36,179 nucleotides of DNA from an uncultured Deferribacteres bacterium. GTDB lineage: Bacteria > Zhuqueibacterota > Zhuqueibacteria > Zhuqueibacterales > Geothermadaptataceae. The DNA is taken from positions 1-36,179 of the forward strand of contig CAXHAT010000071.1 of the NCBI GenBank assembly GCA_964014485.1. Direction: 5' to 3'. Position numbers and translations under genes: made by a program. The notes beneath the pieces are model-generated. The model did no database searches. It worked only from the letters and a program-made list of their open reading frames with translations, and was not told the DNA's origin. Numbering within the stretch: the stretch's first letter is position 1; every line of letters begins with the position of its first letter. Shown here one piece after another: positions 8,084 to 17,448 of the stretch.

Positions 8084-8572
8084 ATGAGCGACCGCCAGGA
8101 AAGACCGTATCAAATGATCGCGCCGGACGTGAAGATCGGCGAAAATGCGCAAATCTATAGTTTCGTCAACCTGTATGGCTGCGAAATTGGCGAGAACACG
8201 AAGGTGGGCACTTTCGTGGAAATTCAAAAAGGCGCCAAGATTGGCGGAAACTGTAAGATTTCGAGCCACACTTTCGTTTGTGAAGGCGTGACGATTGAAG
8301 ATAACGTTTTTGTTGGGCACGGGGTTGTTTTCATCAACGACTTAACGCCTCGCGCAACTGCGGCCGATGGCGCTCTTCAAACCGAGGATGACTGGACATG
8401 TACGCCGACCCTCGTTAAGAAGGGCGCTTCCATCGGCTCAGGCGTGACGTTGCTGGCGGGAATCACGATTGGCGAAAACGCCATGGTTGGCGCGGGCAGC
8501 GTGGTGACCAAAGACGTTCCCCCGAATGCAGTTGTTGCCGGCAATCCGGCCAGGATATTGAGGACGCTTTAA
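8084..8572 (+). CDS. Hexapeptide-repeat N-acyltransferase (WlbB/WbpD-like)
   Basis: Left-handed beta-helix repeats, GASIGSG...VGAGSVVTKDVP...AGNPA. Confidence 0.9.
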   Translation: MSDRQERPYQMIAPDVKIGENAQIYSFVNLYGCEIGENTKVGTFVEIQKGAKIGGNCKISSHTFVCEGVTIEDNVFVGHGVVFINDLTPRATAADGALQTEDDWTCTPTLVKKGASIGSGVTLLAGITIGENAMVGAGSVVTKDVPPNAVVAGNPARILRTL

Positions 8573-8594
8573 ATTTCAGGCAGAGGAGACAAAC

Positions 8595-9728
8595 ATGAAA
8601 GTGCCTTTTTTAGACTTGAAGGCGCAATACGCGACCATTCAAGACGATATTGATCAGGCGATCCAAAAAGTGATCGAAAACACGGCCTTCGCTTCCGGGC
8701 CGTTCGTTGAAGCATTTGAAAAGAACTTTGCGGAGGCGTGTCAAACCAAGCACGCGATTGGGCTGGGCAGCGGAACCGAGGCGCTTTGGCTGGCCTTGCT
8801 GGCGAAAGATATTGGCCCCGGCGATGAGGTGATCACAACGCCAAATACGTTTATCGCAACGGCGGAAGCCATCAGCTACGTCGGCGCTAAGCCGGTCTTT
8901 GTTGACGTAGATGAGCAGACTTACAATATTAATCCCGAACTCATCGAAGCGGCGATTACGCCCAAAACGAAGGCGATTGTCCCAGTGCATTTGTTCGGCC
9001 AAATGGCGGATATGGACGCAGTTATGGCTATTGCCGAAAAACACGGCTTGATTGTCATAGAAGACGCTTGCCAGGCTCATGACGCGACCTATAAAGGCCG
9101 TGCAGCCGGTTCAATCGGTCACGTTGGATGTTTCAGTTTTTATCCTGGAAAAAACCTCGGCGCATACGGAGACGCAGGCGGATTGGTGACCAACGACGAC
9201 GCGATTGCACAAAAAGTCAAAATGCTGCGCGATCACGGGCAGGAAAAAAAATATCACCACGGGCTTGTTGGTTGGAATGCACGCATGGACGGCATTCAAG
9301 GCGCCGTTCTCGATGTGAAATTGCGCCATCTTACGAAATGGTCGGACGCGCGCATCGCGAACGCCAAAACTTATGAAACCTTGCTGCAAGACGTCGATGA
9401 AGTTGCTGCGCCGTACACTGCGCCGGACAACCGTCACGTCTTTCACATCTACGCCGTGCGCGTTGCTGACCGGGACGGCATGCTGCAAGCGCTGGCGAGT
9501 CGTGAAGTTTATTGCGGCATTCATTACCCAATTCCATTGCACTTGCAGCCTGCCTACAAGGATTTGAATTTGCCGAAGGGCAGCTTTCCGGTAACGGAGA
9601 AATGCGCGGCGGAATATTTATCCTTGCCCATGTTCCCGGAATTGACCGAAGAGCAAGTCGGCGCAGCCGTTCAAGAGATTAAAAACGTTCTGGCTGAAAG
9701 ATCGACGACGTTCGCAAAAGCGAGCTAA
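8595..9728 (+). CDS. DegT/DnrJ/EryC1/StrS sugar aminotransferase (WlbC/WbpE-like)
   Basis: IEDACQAH and SFYPGKNLGAYGDAG (PLP lysine). Confidence 0.94.
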   Translation: MKVPFLDLKAQYATIQDDIDQAIQKVIENTAFASGPFVEAFEKNFAEACQTKHAIGLGSGTEALWLALLAKDIGPGDEVITTPNTFIATAEAISYVGAKPVFVDVDEQTYNINPELIEAAITPKTKAIVPVHLFGQMADMDAVMAIAEKHGLIVIEDACQAHDATYKGRAAGSIGHVGCFSFYPGKNLGAYGDAGGLVTNDDAIAQKVKMLRDHGQEKKYHHGLVGWNARMDGIQGAVLDVKLRHLTKWSDARIANAKTYETLLQDVDEVAAPYTAPDNRHVFHIYAVRVADRDGMLQALASREVYCGIHYPIPLHLQPAYKDLNLPKGSFPVTEKCAAEYLSLPMFPELTEEQVGAAVQEIKNVLAERSTTFAKAS

Positions 9729-9741
9729 AATACACGTCCTT

Positions 9742-9769
9742 GTAGGGGCGTATTGCAATGCGCCCCTAC
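9742..9769. repeat. GTAG-type REP-like palindrome
   Basis: GTAGGGGCGTATTGCAATGCGCCCCTAC, just after the stop codon. Confidence 0.75.
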
Positions 9770-9847
9770 GATGCGCTCAAAGTTTAAGGGCCATGATTGG
9801 ACGGCCCATGATGATAAAACACAACGCGACGAACAAGAACGACATCA

Positions 9848-10888
9848 ATGAGCACGGCAGCAGGATTCGTCAATCCTCTTGAAGATCCGAACTGGGATCG
9901 ACGACTAAAATCTCACCCGAAGACTACGATTTTTCACACAGCGGTCTGGGCGAAAGTCCTTGCCGAGAGTTATCGCTTTACTCCAAGTTATTTGTCACAT
10001 TTTGAAAGTGATCGCATCGTCACGCTTCTGCCGATGATGGAGATCAACAGCAGGTGGACGGGCCGCCGAGCCGTCTCCCTGCCTTTTTCAGACTATTGCA
10101 CCCCCTTGCTTTCTCATGATCCCCCGCTTCATGAGGTCGTTTCCATGATCAGGAATGATAGCAGAGCGACCTCGTGGAGATTTCTTGAAATTCGAGACGA
10201 CGACGATGCTAAAACGATTTTTCAACCGTCGCACGCGTATTTCGGCCACAAGCTCGATCTTCGGGTTGGAGAAGAAAACTTATACAAAGGCCTCAAGAGC
10301 AACGCGCGGCGCAACATCAAAAAAGCAATCAAGGAAAACATTGTCACGGATCGTCAGACGTCGCTCGGAGCCGTTAAGCGGTTTTTCGAACTCAATTGCA
10401 TGACACGGAAAAAACACGGCTTGCCGCCTCAGCCCTGGCGTTTTTTCAAAAAGCTGCACGAACATGTGATTTTGCCCGGCCAAGGTTTTGTGCAAATGGC
10501 TCATCTTGACAAAAAAGCGATCGCCGGCGCTGTTTTTTTACATTTTAACGGTCGCGCCGTTTACAAATACGGCGCGTCGGATCCGGCCTATCAAACCATG
10601 CGCCCTAACAATCTGATCATGTGGGAAGCCGTCCGCCATTTCGCCCGCGAGGGTTTTGAGAGTTTTTGCTTTGGTAAAACCGACCCGGCGAACGAAGGAT
10701 TGCGACGCTTCAAATTGGGATGGGGAGCGGAAGAATTTCCGATCAAGTACTACAAGTTTGATTTTCGCAAAGAAACGGTCGTGTTGGACGAGCCGCGTCT
10801 CGAAGGCCTGCACACGAAGATTTTCAACCGCACACCGACGCCTGTTTTGAAAGCTATTGGCGCGGTTTTGTATAAACATGTGGCGTAA
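9848..10888 (+). CDS. GNAT/FemAB-like acyltransferase
   Basis: TIFHT, SLPFSDY, ARRNIKKA, RPNNLIMWEA, GLRRFKLGWG. Confidence 0.85.
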   Translation: MSTAAGFVNPLEDPNWDRRLKSHPKTTIFHTAVWAKVLAESYRFTPSYLSHFESDRIVTLLPMMEINSRWTGRRAVSLPFSDYCTPLLSHDPPLHEVVSMIRNDSRATSWRFLEIRDDDDAKTIFQPSHAYFGHKLDLRVGEENLYKGLKSNARRNIKKAIKENIVTDRQTSLGAVKRFFELNCMTRKKHGLPPQPWRFFKKLHEHVILPGQGFVQMAHLDKKAIAGAVFLHFNGRAVYKYGASDPAYQTMRPNNLIMWEAVRHFAREGFESFCFGKTDPANEGLRRFKLGWGAEEFPIKYYKFDFRKETVVLDEPRLEGLHTKIFNRTPTPVLKAIGAVLYKHVA

Positions 10889-10936
10889 TTTCTATCAAAA
10901 AGAAAAACCATAATTAGCGGTGACAGGACAGCGATT

Positions 10937-12028
10937 ATGACGCTAAGGAAAGCTTTTTATGCCATAAAACCGATTATCCCGCGCGGTCTCCAGTTGACCA
11001 TGCGACGAAAATATGTTGCGCTTCAAAAACAACGTTACGGACATATTTGGCCCATCGACCCAAGAGCCGGCGTTGCGCCGGAAGACTGGCAAGGCTGGCC
11101 GGAAGGCAAACGCTTCGCCGTTGTGCTGACGCACGATGTGGAATGGGCTGAAGGACAAGACAAATCGCCTCTTTTGATGAATTTGGAACAAGAACGCGGT
11201 TTCCGTTCTTCATTCAATTTTGTACCGGAGCGCTACGAGGTTTCTGCTGAAATAAGGAAAAGATTGACGCAAAACGGCTTCGAAGTCGGCGTCCACGGCC
11301 TCAGGCACGACGGAAAGTTGTTTCGTTCCAGAATGGAGTTTGAGAGGCGGGCGATCCGCATCAACCAATACATCCAGGCATGGGATGCGGTGGGGTTTCG
11401 CGCCCCGGCCATGCACCATAATCTGGACTGGCTTCATCGCCTCGACATTCTCTACGACGCTTCCACTTTTGACGTTGATCCGTTCGAGCCGCAGGCCGAC
11501 GGCGTGGGCACGATCTTTCCGTTTTGGGTGCCGAACCAAAGCGATGACGGCGGATACGTGGAACTGCCTTACACAGTCGCACAAGATTTCACCCCCTTCG
11601 TTTTGATGCAGGAAAAGAAGATCGATTTTTGGAAAAAGAAGGTCGATTGGATTGTTGAGAAGGGCGGCATGGTGCTCGTCAACACGCATCCGGACTACAT
11701 GAATTTCGGCGATGCGCCGTTGGGCGCGGAGCAATTTCCCGTTGAGCGCTATCTTGAGCTTCTTGACTATATTCAATCCGAATATGCGGGCGAATTTTGG
11801 CACGCCTTGCCGAAGGATGTGGCTGTGTTTATCAAAAAGCAGCACGTGGAAGATGATCATCACGCATCGACGAGCGAGTTTCGTATCGATTCAAGCAAAT
11901 TCGAACTGCCCGAGAGCGATCAGAATAGTGGAAGTGTAACGAAAGATTCCGACGCGACCTTAAAAAATAAGAGCCGTCATAAAACGTTACATCACGTTTC
12001 GAAACATGATGAGACGATCACATGTTGA
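10937..12028 (+). CDS. Polysaccharide deacetylase family protein
   Basis: LTHDVE, EVGVHGLRH, GFRAP and NTHPDY motifs, with a polar C-terminal tail. Confidence 0.85.
   Translation: MTLRKAFYAIKPIIPRGLQLTMRRKYVALQKQRYGHIWPIDPRAGVAPEDWQGWPEGKRFAVVLTHDVEWAEGQDKSPLLMNLEQERGFRSSFNFVPERYEVSAEIRKRLTQNGFEVGVHGLRHDGKLFRSRMEFERRAIRINQYIQAWDAVGFRAPAMHHNLDWLHRLDILYDASTFDVDPFEPQADGVGTIFPFWVPNQSDDGGYVELPYTVAQDFTPFVLMQEKKIDFWKKKVDWIVEKGGMVLVNTHPDYMNFGDAPLGAEQFPVERYLELLDYIQSEYAGEFWHALPKDVAVFIKKQHVEDDHHASTSEFRIDSSKFELPESDQNSGSVTKDSDATLKNKSRHKTLHHVSKHDETITC
11935..11991. promoter_or_regulatory. Second pair of enhancer boxes, inside the 3' end of the deacetylase gene
   Basis: TGTAACGAAAGATTCCG (11935-11951) and CGTCATAAAACGTTACA (11975-11991). 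Confidence 0.6.
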
Positions 12029-12089
12029 GAATGAATCAAAGTTATATAAAACAGAGCTTTAAGGCGCAATGGGAAGTCGACGCTCAATC

Positions 12090-12104
12090 TGGCACACGCC
12101 TTGC
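12090..12104 (+). promoter_or_regulatory. Sigma-54 (-24/-12) promoter, internal
   Basis: TGGCAC-ACGCC-TTGC followed by CTAA, as in the 5532 promoter. Confidence 0.8.
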
Positions 12105-12204
12105 CTAAGAGTAGACTATTCGATGTTTTACTACAAACGGAACTGAATAGCGTCGCATCAACCGACAACGACGATAAAACATTTTTGTGGTGTGAGGACT
12201 GATT

Positions 12205-13419
12205 ATGAGAATTTGTGTTTTAGCACACGCGGTTTTCGATGGCGACGCGAGAATTCAACGAGAAGCCAAAGCGCTGGCCGAAGCCGGTGCGGAAGTGGAC
12301 ATTTACTGCCTTTACCAGCCGAACGAACCTTACATCGAAGTTTCCGAGCGCATTCGGTTGATTCGGGAAGTTCGGTATAAACGACCGGATACTGCCGCGG
12401 CCATGCTCGCGCAGCTTCTGCGGTTTTTCTTCGCCTCGTTTTTCTGGGTGACGAAAAATCATTTAAAGAAAAAATATGACGCCATTCATGTTCACACCGT
12501 GCCTGATTTTCAGGTTTTCGCCGCCGTCATTCCAAAGCTGACCGGCGCGAAAGTCGTTCTCGACATGCATGAAATTCTGCCGGAATTGTATGCACGGAAA
12601 TTCAATTTGGCGACGACGCACTGGATGTTCCGCGTCATTAAATTTGTAGAAAAACTCTCGGTAAAATTCGCCGATCATGTCCTGATTGCTTCGCCGCTTT
12701 TTCGTGAACGCGTCGCAGAACGCACGGGACAGGGCGAGAAAATTAGAACGCTGATCAATATCCCGGACTTGAGCTACTTTGAACAAAGTGAAAGCGTCGT
12801 AAAACGCGAGAGTGAAAAAATCAGAGTGATTTATCCGGGCACGTTGAGCGAATTGCACGGCGTAGACGTGGCGATTGATGCGGTTGGACGGGCATGTCGC
12901 GAGAAAAAATTGGACCTGGAATTTCATATTTACGGTCACGGACCGGAAGAAGAAAACCTCCGGGCGCAGGTGAAGCGCCTGGGGTTGGAAAACGTCGTTC
13001 AGTTTCACAAGCCGTTGAAGCTGGAAGACCTTTACGCTGAAATGCGCCAAATGGACATTGGCCTGATTCCCAAGCGCAGCGGAACCTTCGCCGACGACGC
13101 GATGAGCACGAAGCTTTTCGAATATGTCGCCGCCGATCTGCCTGCGGTTGTTTCATGGACGAAATCTGACGCGCTGTTCTTTGATGAAAGCATGGTCGGT
13201 TTTTTTGAAGCAGGGAACGCTGAAGCAATGGCGGAAAAGATCGCTGAATTTGCTGAAAACCCGGCCATGCGGCGCGCCTACGCCGAAAACGCAAAAGAAG
13301 TTTTTAAGACCGTCAACTGGCGCATTATCAGCCGAACTTTGTTGACGGCGTTCAATATTGAAGTGGAAGAAGAACCTGCCGTTCAACCAGTTGTCCTGGA
13401 AGAATCCGTATTGACCTGA
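12205..13419 (+). CDS. Glycosyltransferase family 4
   Basis: DARIQREAKAL, HVHTVPD, DMHE, STKLFEY; GT-B fold pattern. Confidence 0.9.
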   Translation: MRICVLAHAVFDGDARIQREAKALAEAGAEVDIYCLYQPNEPYIEVSERIRLIREVRYKRPDTAAAMLAQLLRFFFASFFWVTKNHLKKKYDAIHVHTVPDFQVFAAVIPKLTGAKVVLDMHEILPELYARKFNLATTHWMFRVIKFVEKLSVKFADHVLIASPLFRERVAERTGQGEKIRTLINIPDLSYFEQSESVVKRESEKIRVIYPGTLSELHGVDVAIDAVGRACREKKLDLEFHIYGHGPEEENLRAQVKRLGLENVVQFHKPLKLEDLYAEMRQMDIGLIPKRSGTFADDAMSTKLFEYVAADLPAVVSWTKSDALFFDESMVGFFEAGNAEAMAEKIAEFAENPAMRRAYAENAKEVFKTVNWRIISRTLLTAFNIEVEEEPAVQPVVLEESVLT

Positions 13420-13534
13420 AACGCAGCCGGGCAAGAGAGTAGTCGCGCCGGCAGACGCGAAATGCTCTTCCTGCAACACGAATTGAACGACAGCTTCGAG
13501 AAAATCAGAGGGCGCAAACAACGGGAGCAGAACC

Positions 13535-14395
13535 ATGCAGCCAAAATTCGCAATTGTCACGCCGGTTAAAAATGAAGAAGGCTTTTTTGACAAGACGCTG
13601 GAATCAGTCGTTAACCAGACGGTGAAGCCGACCAAATGGGTCGTCGTCAATGACGGTTCGACCGACGGCACGAAAGATTTGATCGAAAGATACGCCGCAC
13701 AGCATGACTGGATTCATCCAGTGCATAACCCGCCGCGCGAAAGACGCGACCCCGGCGGCGAAGGCGTCATCGCGCAGGGCATAAAACATATAAACGTAGA
13801 CGACTACGATTTTTTCACGCGCATGGACGGAGATCTGGAGTTCGAGCCGAATTACTTTGAAGATTTGTTTAAGCGTTTTTCGGAAAACAAGCGGCTTGGC
13901 GTGGCCAGCGGCGTCTGTTTTCTGCGCGAAAATGGTAGAGAAGTCGAAGAATCGCACCAGCGATTTCACACCCGAGGCCCCAACAAGACCTATCGCAAAG
14001 AGTGTTTCAAAGATATTGGCGGCCTGGAGCCGGGGCTTGGCTGGGACACGATCGACGAAGTCAAAGCCAACATGTGCGGCTGGCAGTCCTACAGTTTTCC
14101 TGAACTCAGAATCATCCATTTGCGCCCGACGCAAACCGCCAAAGGCGCGCTCAACGGCATGAAAAATTTTGGCGTCGCGTCTTATTACACGGGCTATCAT
14201 CCGCTTTACCTGATCGCCCGCGCCATGCGGCGAATGTTTGATCGTCCGTACTTTTTCGGCGGTTTAAGCATGTTGCGCGGTTATTTCGGCGAATTGATGC
14301 GCAAAGCGCCGCAAGTAAATGATCCGGACTTGATCGCTTATGTTCGCACGCAGCAAATGAATCGGCTTTTGGGCCGGGAATCGATCTGGAGATAA
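13535..14395 (+). CDS. Glycosyltransferase family 2
   Basis: IVTPVKNEE, VNDGSTDGT, DGD motif, GWDTIDE. Confidence 0.92.
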   Translation: MQPKFAIVTPVKNEEGFFDKTLESVVNQTVKPTKWVVVNDGSTDGTKDLIERYAAQHDWIHPVHNPPRERRDPGGEGVIAQGIKHINVDDYDFFTRMDGDLEFEPNYFEDLFKRFSENKRLGVASGVCFLRENGREVEESHQRFHTRGPNKTYRKECFKDIGGLEPGLGWDTIDEVKANMCGWQSYSFPELRIIHLRPTQTAKGALNGMKNFGVASYYTGYHPLYLIARAMRRMFDRPYFFGGLSMLRGYFGELMRKAPQVNDPDLIAYVRTQQMNRLLGRESIWR

Positions 14396-14397
14396 CA

Positions 14398-15846
14398 GTG
14401 TCGGAACAGACGAGAAAAGGATTTCTCAAAGGCGTTTTTTCAACTTCCTCCGGGACAATCGTGGCAATTTTGTTCAACTTCGTCACGATCACGGCGATTG
14501 TCAAAGCTTTGCCGGAAGCGGAGTTTGGCGTTTACGTCTTAACCCTGGCGGCGGTCAACGCCCTGCGCATAATCGCGGGACTCGGCCTTGATCTCACGCT
14601 GGTTAAATTCATTTCCGGCGATGAAAACCGACGGAAAGGAGAAGCGCTGGCGTCCATCCTGACCGTCCGAATTGCCGCACTGCTTACCGTCGCAGCCGTT
14701 TTGGGCGCTGGGGGCAGCCTGCTCGCGGAGCTGTTCGACGCACGCATTGCCGAGTTTTTACCGCAAGCCTTGATGATTTTCGGGCTGATGAGCCTGACTG
14801 AACTGTTTTATCATTTGCTGCAAGGCATGAAGGCTTTTAGCAAATTTGCATTGCTGCAGGTGGTTTCGGCGCTTGTGAAGTTCAGCGTTATTCTCGCCTT
14901 TGTGCAACAGGATTCGCTGACTTTGTCGCGCGCCCTTCTGATGGAAATTGCGGCGTTGGCAACGCTTTTGGTCGCGCAAATTATTCTGCTGCGCGGCGAA
15001 TTTGCAGGTATGAAATTCTCAAAAGGCGTCACGCGCGACGCTTTCAAATTCGGCGTTCCGCTCTATTTGAACAATATGCTGACCTTTGTCTATCAGCGCG
15101 CCAGCGTATTCATCATGGCCTTCTTGTTGAGTCCGGTCAGCATCGCCTACTACGAAGTCGCCTCGAAAATCCCCGAAGGATTTCAACGCTTGTTCCGCTC
15201 ATTCATAAACGTCTATTTTCCAATGCTCTCCGGGCTTTTCTCGGAAGGAAAAAAGGAGCAGGCGGCGCGCTTCATGAACAACGCGTTATTTTATCTCGCA
15301 ATCATCGGACTGAGCCTGGCGTTTTGGTCAATCGTCTTTCGCGGCGAGATCGTCACGCTGATTTTTTCAGAAAATTATCGCGCATCCACATTGGCTTTCG
15401 CCTTGTTGACGGTTGATTTTTTCCTGATGATTTTAGGCTACACGATGGGCTATTCGCTTGTTTCCGCCGGAGACTCGGCGGCGCCGGTCAAAATCAACAC
15501 GATCACGAGTACCGTGAGCCTGATCGCAAACTTTGTGTTTATTCCGATGTACGGGTTCATCGGTGCGGTCTACGCGATTCTCATCATGCACGGGCTCGGC
15601 GTGATCTTGAATTACCGCTATCTCCTGCGGCTCGAAATCACCGCCAATTTGGGCGCATTGCTCAAACCGTGCCTGCATTTTCTGGCTTTTTGTCTGGTCG
15701 CCGTCTTTCTCAACGACGCAAGCATCCAGACGCGCATCGCACTCGTCGCGACATATTTTCTGACCAACGTTTTATTCTACGCCGAAATTAGGGGCGTGCT
15801 CGGCGCATCAATGACAATGCTAAGACGCAGAGTCGCGAGAGTTTAA
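14398..15846 (+). CDS. wzx: Oligosaccharide flippase (Wzx)
   Basis: About 12-14 hydrophobic segments, EFGVY, YYEVASKI, IPMYGFIGAVYA; polysaccharide locus context. Confidence 0.85.
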   Translation: MSEQTRKGFLKGVFSTSSGTIVAILFNFVTITAIVKALPEAEFGVYVLTLAAVNALRIIAGLGLDLTLVKFISGDENRRKGEALASILTVRIAALLTVAAVLGAGGSLLAELFDARIAEFLPQALMIFGLMSLTELFYHLLQGMKAFSKFALLQVVSALVKFSVILAFVQQDSLTLSRALLMEIAALATLLVAQIILLRGEFAGMKFSKGVTRDAFKFGVPLYLNNMLTFVYQRASVFIMAFLLSPVSIAYYEVASKIPEGFQRLFRSFINVYFPMLSGLFSEGKKEQAARFMNNALFYLAIIGLSLAFWSIVFRGEIVTLIFSENYRASTLAFALLTVDFFLMILGYTMGYSLVSAGDSAAPVKINTITSTVSLIANFVFIPMYGFIGAVYAILIMHGLGVILNYRYLLRLEITANLGALLKPCLHFLAFCLVAVFLNDASIQTRIALVATYFLTNVLFYAEIRGVLGASMTMLRRRVARV

Positions 15847-15960
15847 GAAATGGAGTTTTGGATGAATGGAATCATGGATTATTGGATTGACTTAATGCGA
15901 TTACGCAACTAATCTCGTTAAACCCAATCTTCCAATACTCCAGAAATCCATAACTCCAGC
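15847..15960. repeat. Inverted arrays of degenerate octamers (NNNNTGGA x5 / TCCANNNN x5)
   Basis: 15847-15886 and 15923-15960; same family as 1-101. Confidence 0.8.
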
Positions 15961-15986
15961 AAAGAATTGCCCCTCTGCCCCACACG

Positions 15987-16033
15987 TGCGGCTCCCGGAG
16001 CGCTTCGGCGTGATGATGGGAGCCGCATTTTTT
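15987..16033 (+). terminator. Terminator-like hairpin containing a kink-turn and UUCG tetraloop
   Basis: 10 bp stem TGCGGCTCCC/GGGAGCCGCA, internal loop GGA/GATGAT, GCGC-TTCG-GCGT cap, T6 tail. Confidence 0.6.
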
Positions 16034-16084
16034 AATCAAGGCGGAACAGGGCGCGAGAAACCAAATTTTCAGCACGCATTTCTA

Positions 16085-16225
16085 AGAGATCGCTTAGGAC
16101 GTTCCCGGTTTGTCATTCTGAAAGAATCTGTGGTATCGCCCAGTACGAGTTACGCTCAAAGTTCAAGGGTTGGATCAAAAAAGATGCTTACAGCATGACA
16201 ATTAAGGACTTTCCAAGCGCCATCT
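16085..16225. repeat. Palindromic MITE/REP-like element, copy 2
   Basis: Core 16111-16200 is highly similar to 4720-4811. Imperfect outer IR. Confidence 0.75.
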
Positions 16226-16262
16226 AAACAACATCTTTGAACCAACATCTGTGGAGGCGGAA

Positions 16263-17417
16263 ATGGCGGCGCACACCCAAAAAGTGGTTATGGTCGACGC
16301 ACTGGTCGGCAACGATTATTCTTTCAATCTTTGCAACAGTCTCAAAACTGCGGGCGTTGATATTAATCTTGTGGTCACGGAAGATCGCGATGTGACGAAA
16401 CCCGTTGGATTTTCACTTCTCAAACTCCAGCCTTCCAAAGAGCGCGGAGGCGGCGGGAAGGCTGAAAAAACCGTCAAGTTTTTCAAATACCTTTCTCAGC
16501 TCCGGCGTTTTGTCAGCGAAAATAAGGTGAAAGTTGTTCATTATCAATTCTTCCGTCGCGCTCGCGTCGAAAGCTTGTTCTACGCTTTTATGCGCTTCAC
16601 CGGCGTCGGTATGGTTCACACCGTCCACGACGCAATGCCTCTGGACGAAAAACGCATCGACTACCTGTTCCGACTGCTCACCTACAAAGTTTCCAAAGCG
16701 CTGATCGTGCATTCGGATTACATCAAACAAGTCCTGATGCGAGAATTCGATATTCCCGACGAAAAAATCAAAATCATCCCCCATGGCGATTTTGATGATT
16801 TTTTGCCCGAAAACCCGATCACAAAAGCTGAAGCGCGCAAAAGCATCGGTTTTTCACAGGATGATCAGGTTCTGCTCTTTTTTGGTCACATCAAAAAATA
16901 CAAAGGGCTGGATTTGCTGTTGCAAGCGTTTGAAAAAGCGGCGGTAAAGAATCCAAAACTCAAGCTCATTATCGCAGGGCGACCCGACGGCGACGCACTG
17001 GCGAAACACTACAATGACATGATCGACGCGATGCAGTCGAAATCACAGGTTCTTTTTGACGCCAGCTTCATTCCCGACGAAAAAGTCGCCGAATATTTCA
17101 CGGCTTCGGATATGCTGACTTTGCCTTACACCAACATTTATCATAGCGGCGTTTTGCACCTGGCTTATTCTTTTGCTTTGCCGGTGCTCGCCACCCGCGT
17201 CGGCGATTTCGAAGAATCAATCGAGCATGGAAAAAGCGGCGTTTTACTCGAAGAAAACACGGAGAAAGCATTGACGGCCGCCATCGAAAAAGCCTTCGCA
17301 AATCCTGTGGCTCTCGCTGACATGGGAAAATACGCACGACGTTTGAGTGAAGATAAATATTCATGGTCGAACGTGGCGAACATAACCAAATCGACTTATG
17401 AAGCGCTGGCTGCGTAA
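16263..17417 (+). CDS. Glycosyltransferase family 4
   Basis: GGAGG RBS; HTVHD, IIPHG, FFGHIKKYKGLD, SGVLHLAYSF. Confidence 0.92.
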   Translation: MAAHTQKVVMVDALVGNDYSFNLCNSLKTAGVDINLVVTEDRDVTKPVGFSLLKLQPSKERGGGGKAEKTVKFFKYLSQLRRFVSENKVKVVHYQFFRRARVESLFYAFMRFTGVGMVHTVHDAMPLDEKRIDYLFRLLTYKVSKALIVHSDYIKQVLMREFDIPDEKIKIIPHGDFDDFLPENPITKAEARKSIGFSQDDQVLLFFGHIKKYKGLDLLLQAFEKAAVKNPKLKLIIAGRPDGDALAKHYNDMIDAMQSKSQVLFDASFIPDEKVAEYFTASDMLTLPYTNIYHSGVLHLAYSFALPVLATRVGDFEESIEHGKSGVLLEENTEKALTAAIEKAFANPVALADMGKYARRLSEDKYSWSNVANITKSTYEALAA

Positions 17418-17448
17418 AGTTTGAGGCGAAGAAGCAGATACTTGAGCG

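Noticed and set aside
11808..11820. Third sigma-54 motif TGGCACGCCTTGC
   Set aside because: Spacer is 2 bp too short and it lies within coding sequence.
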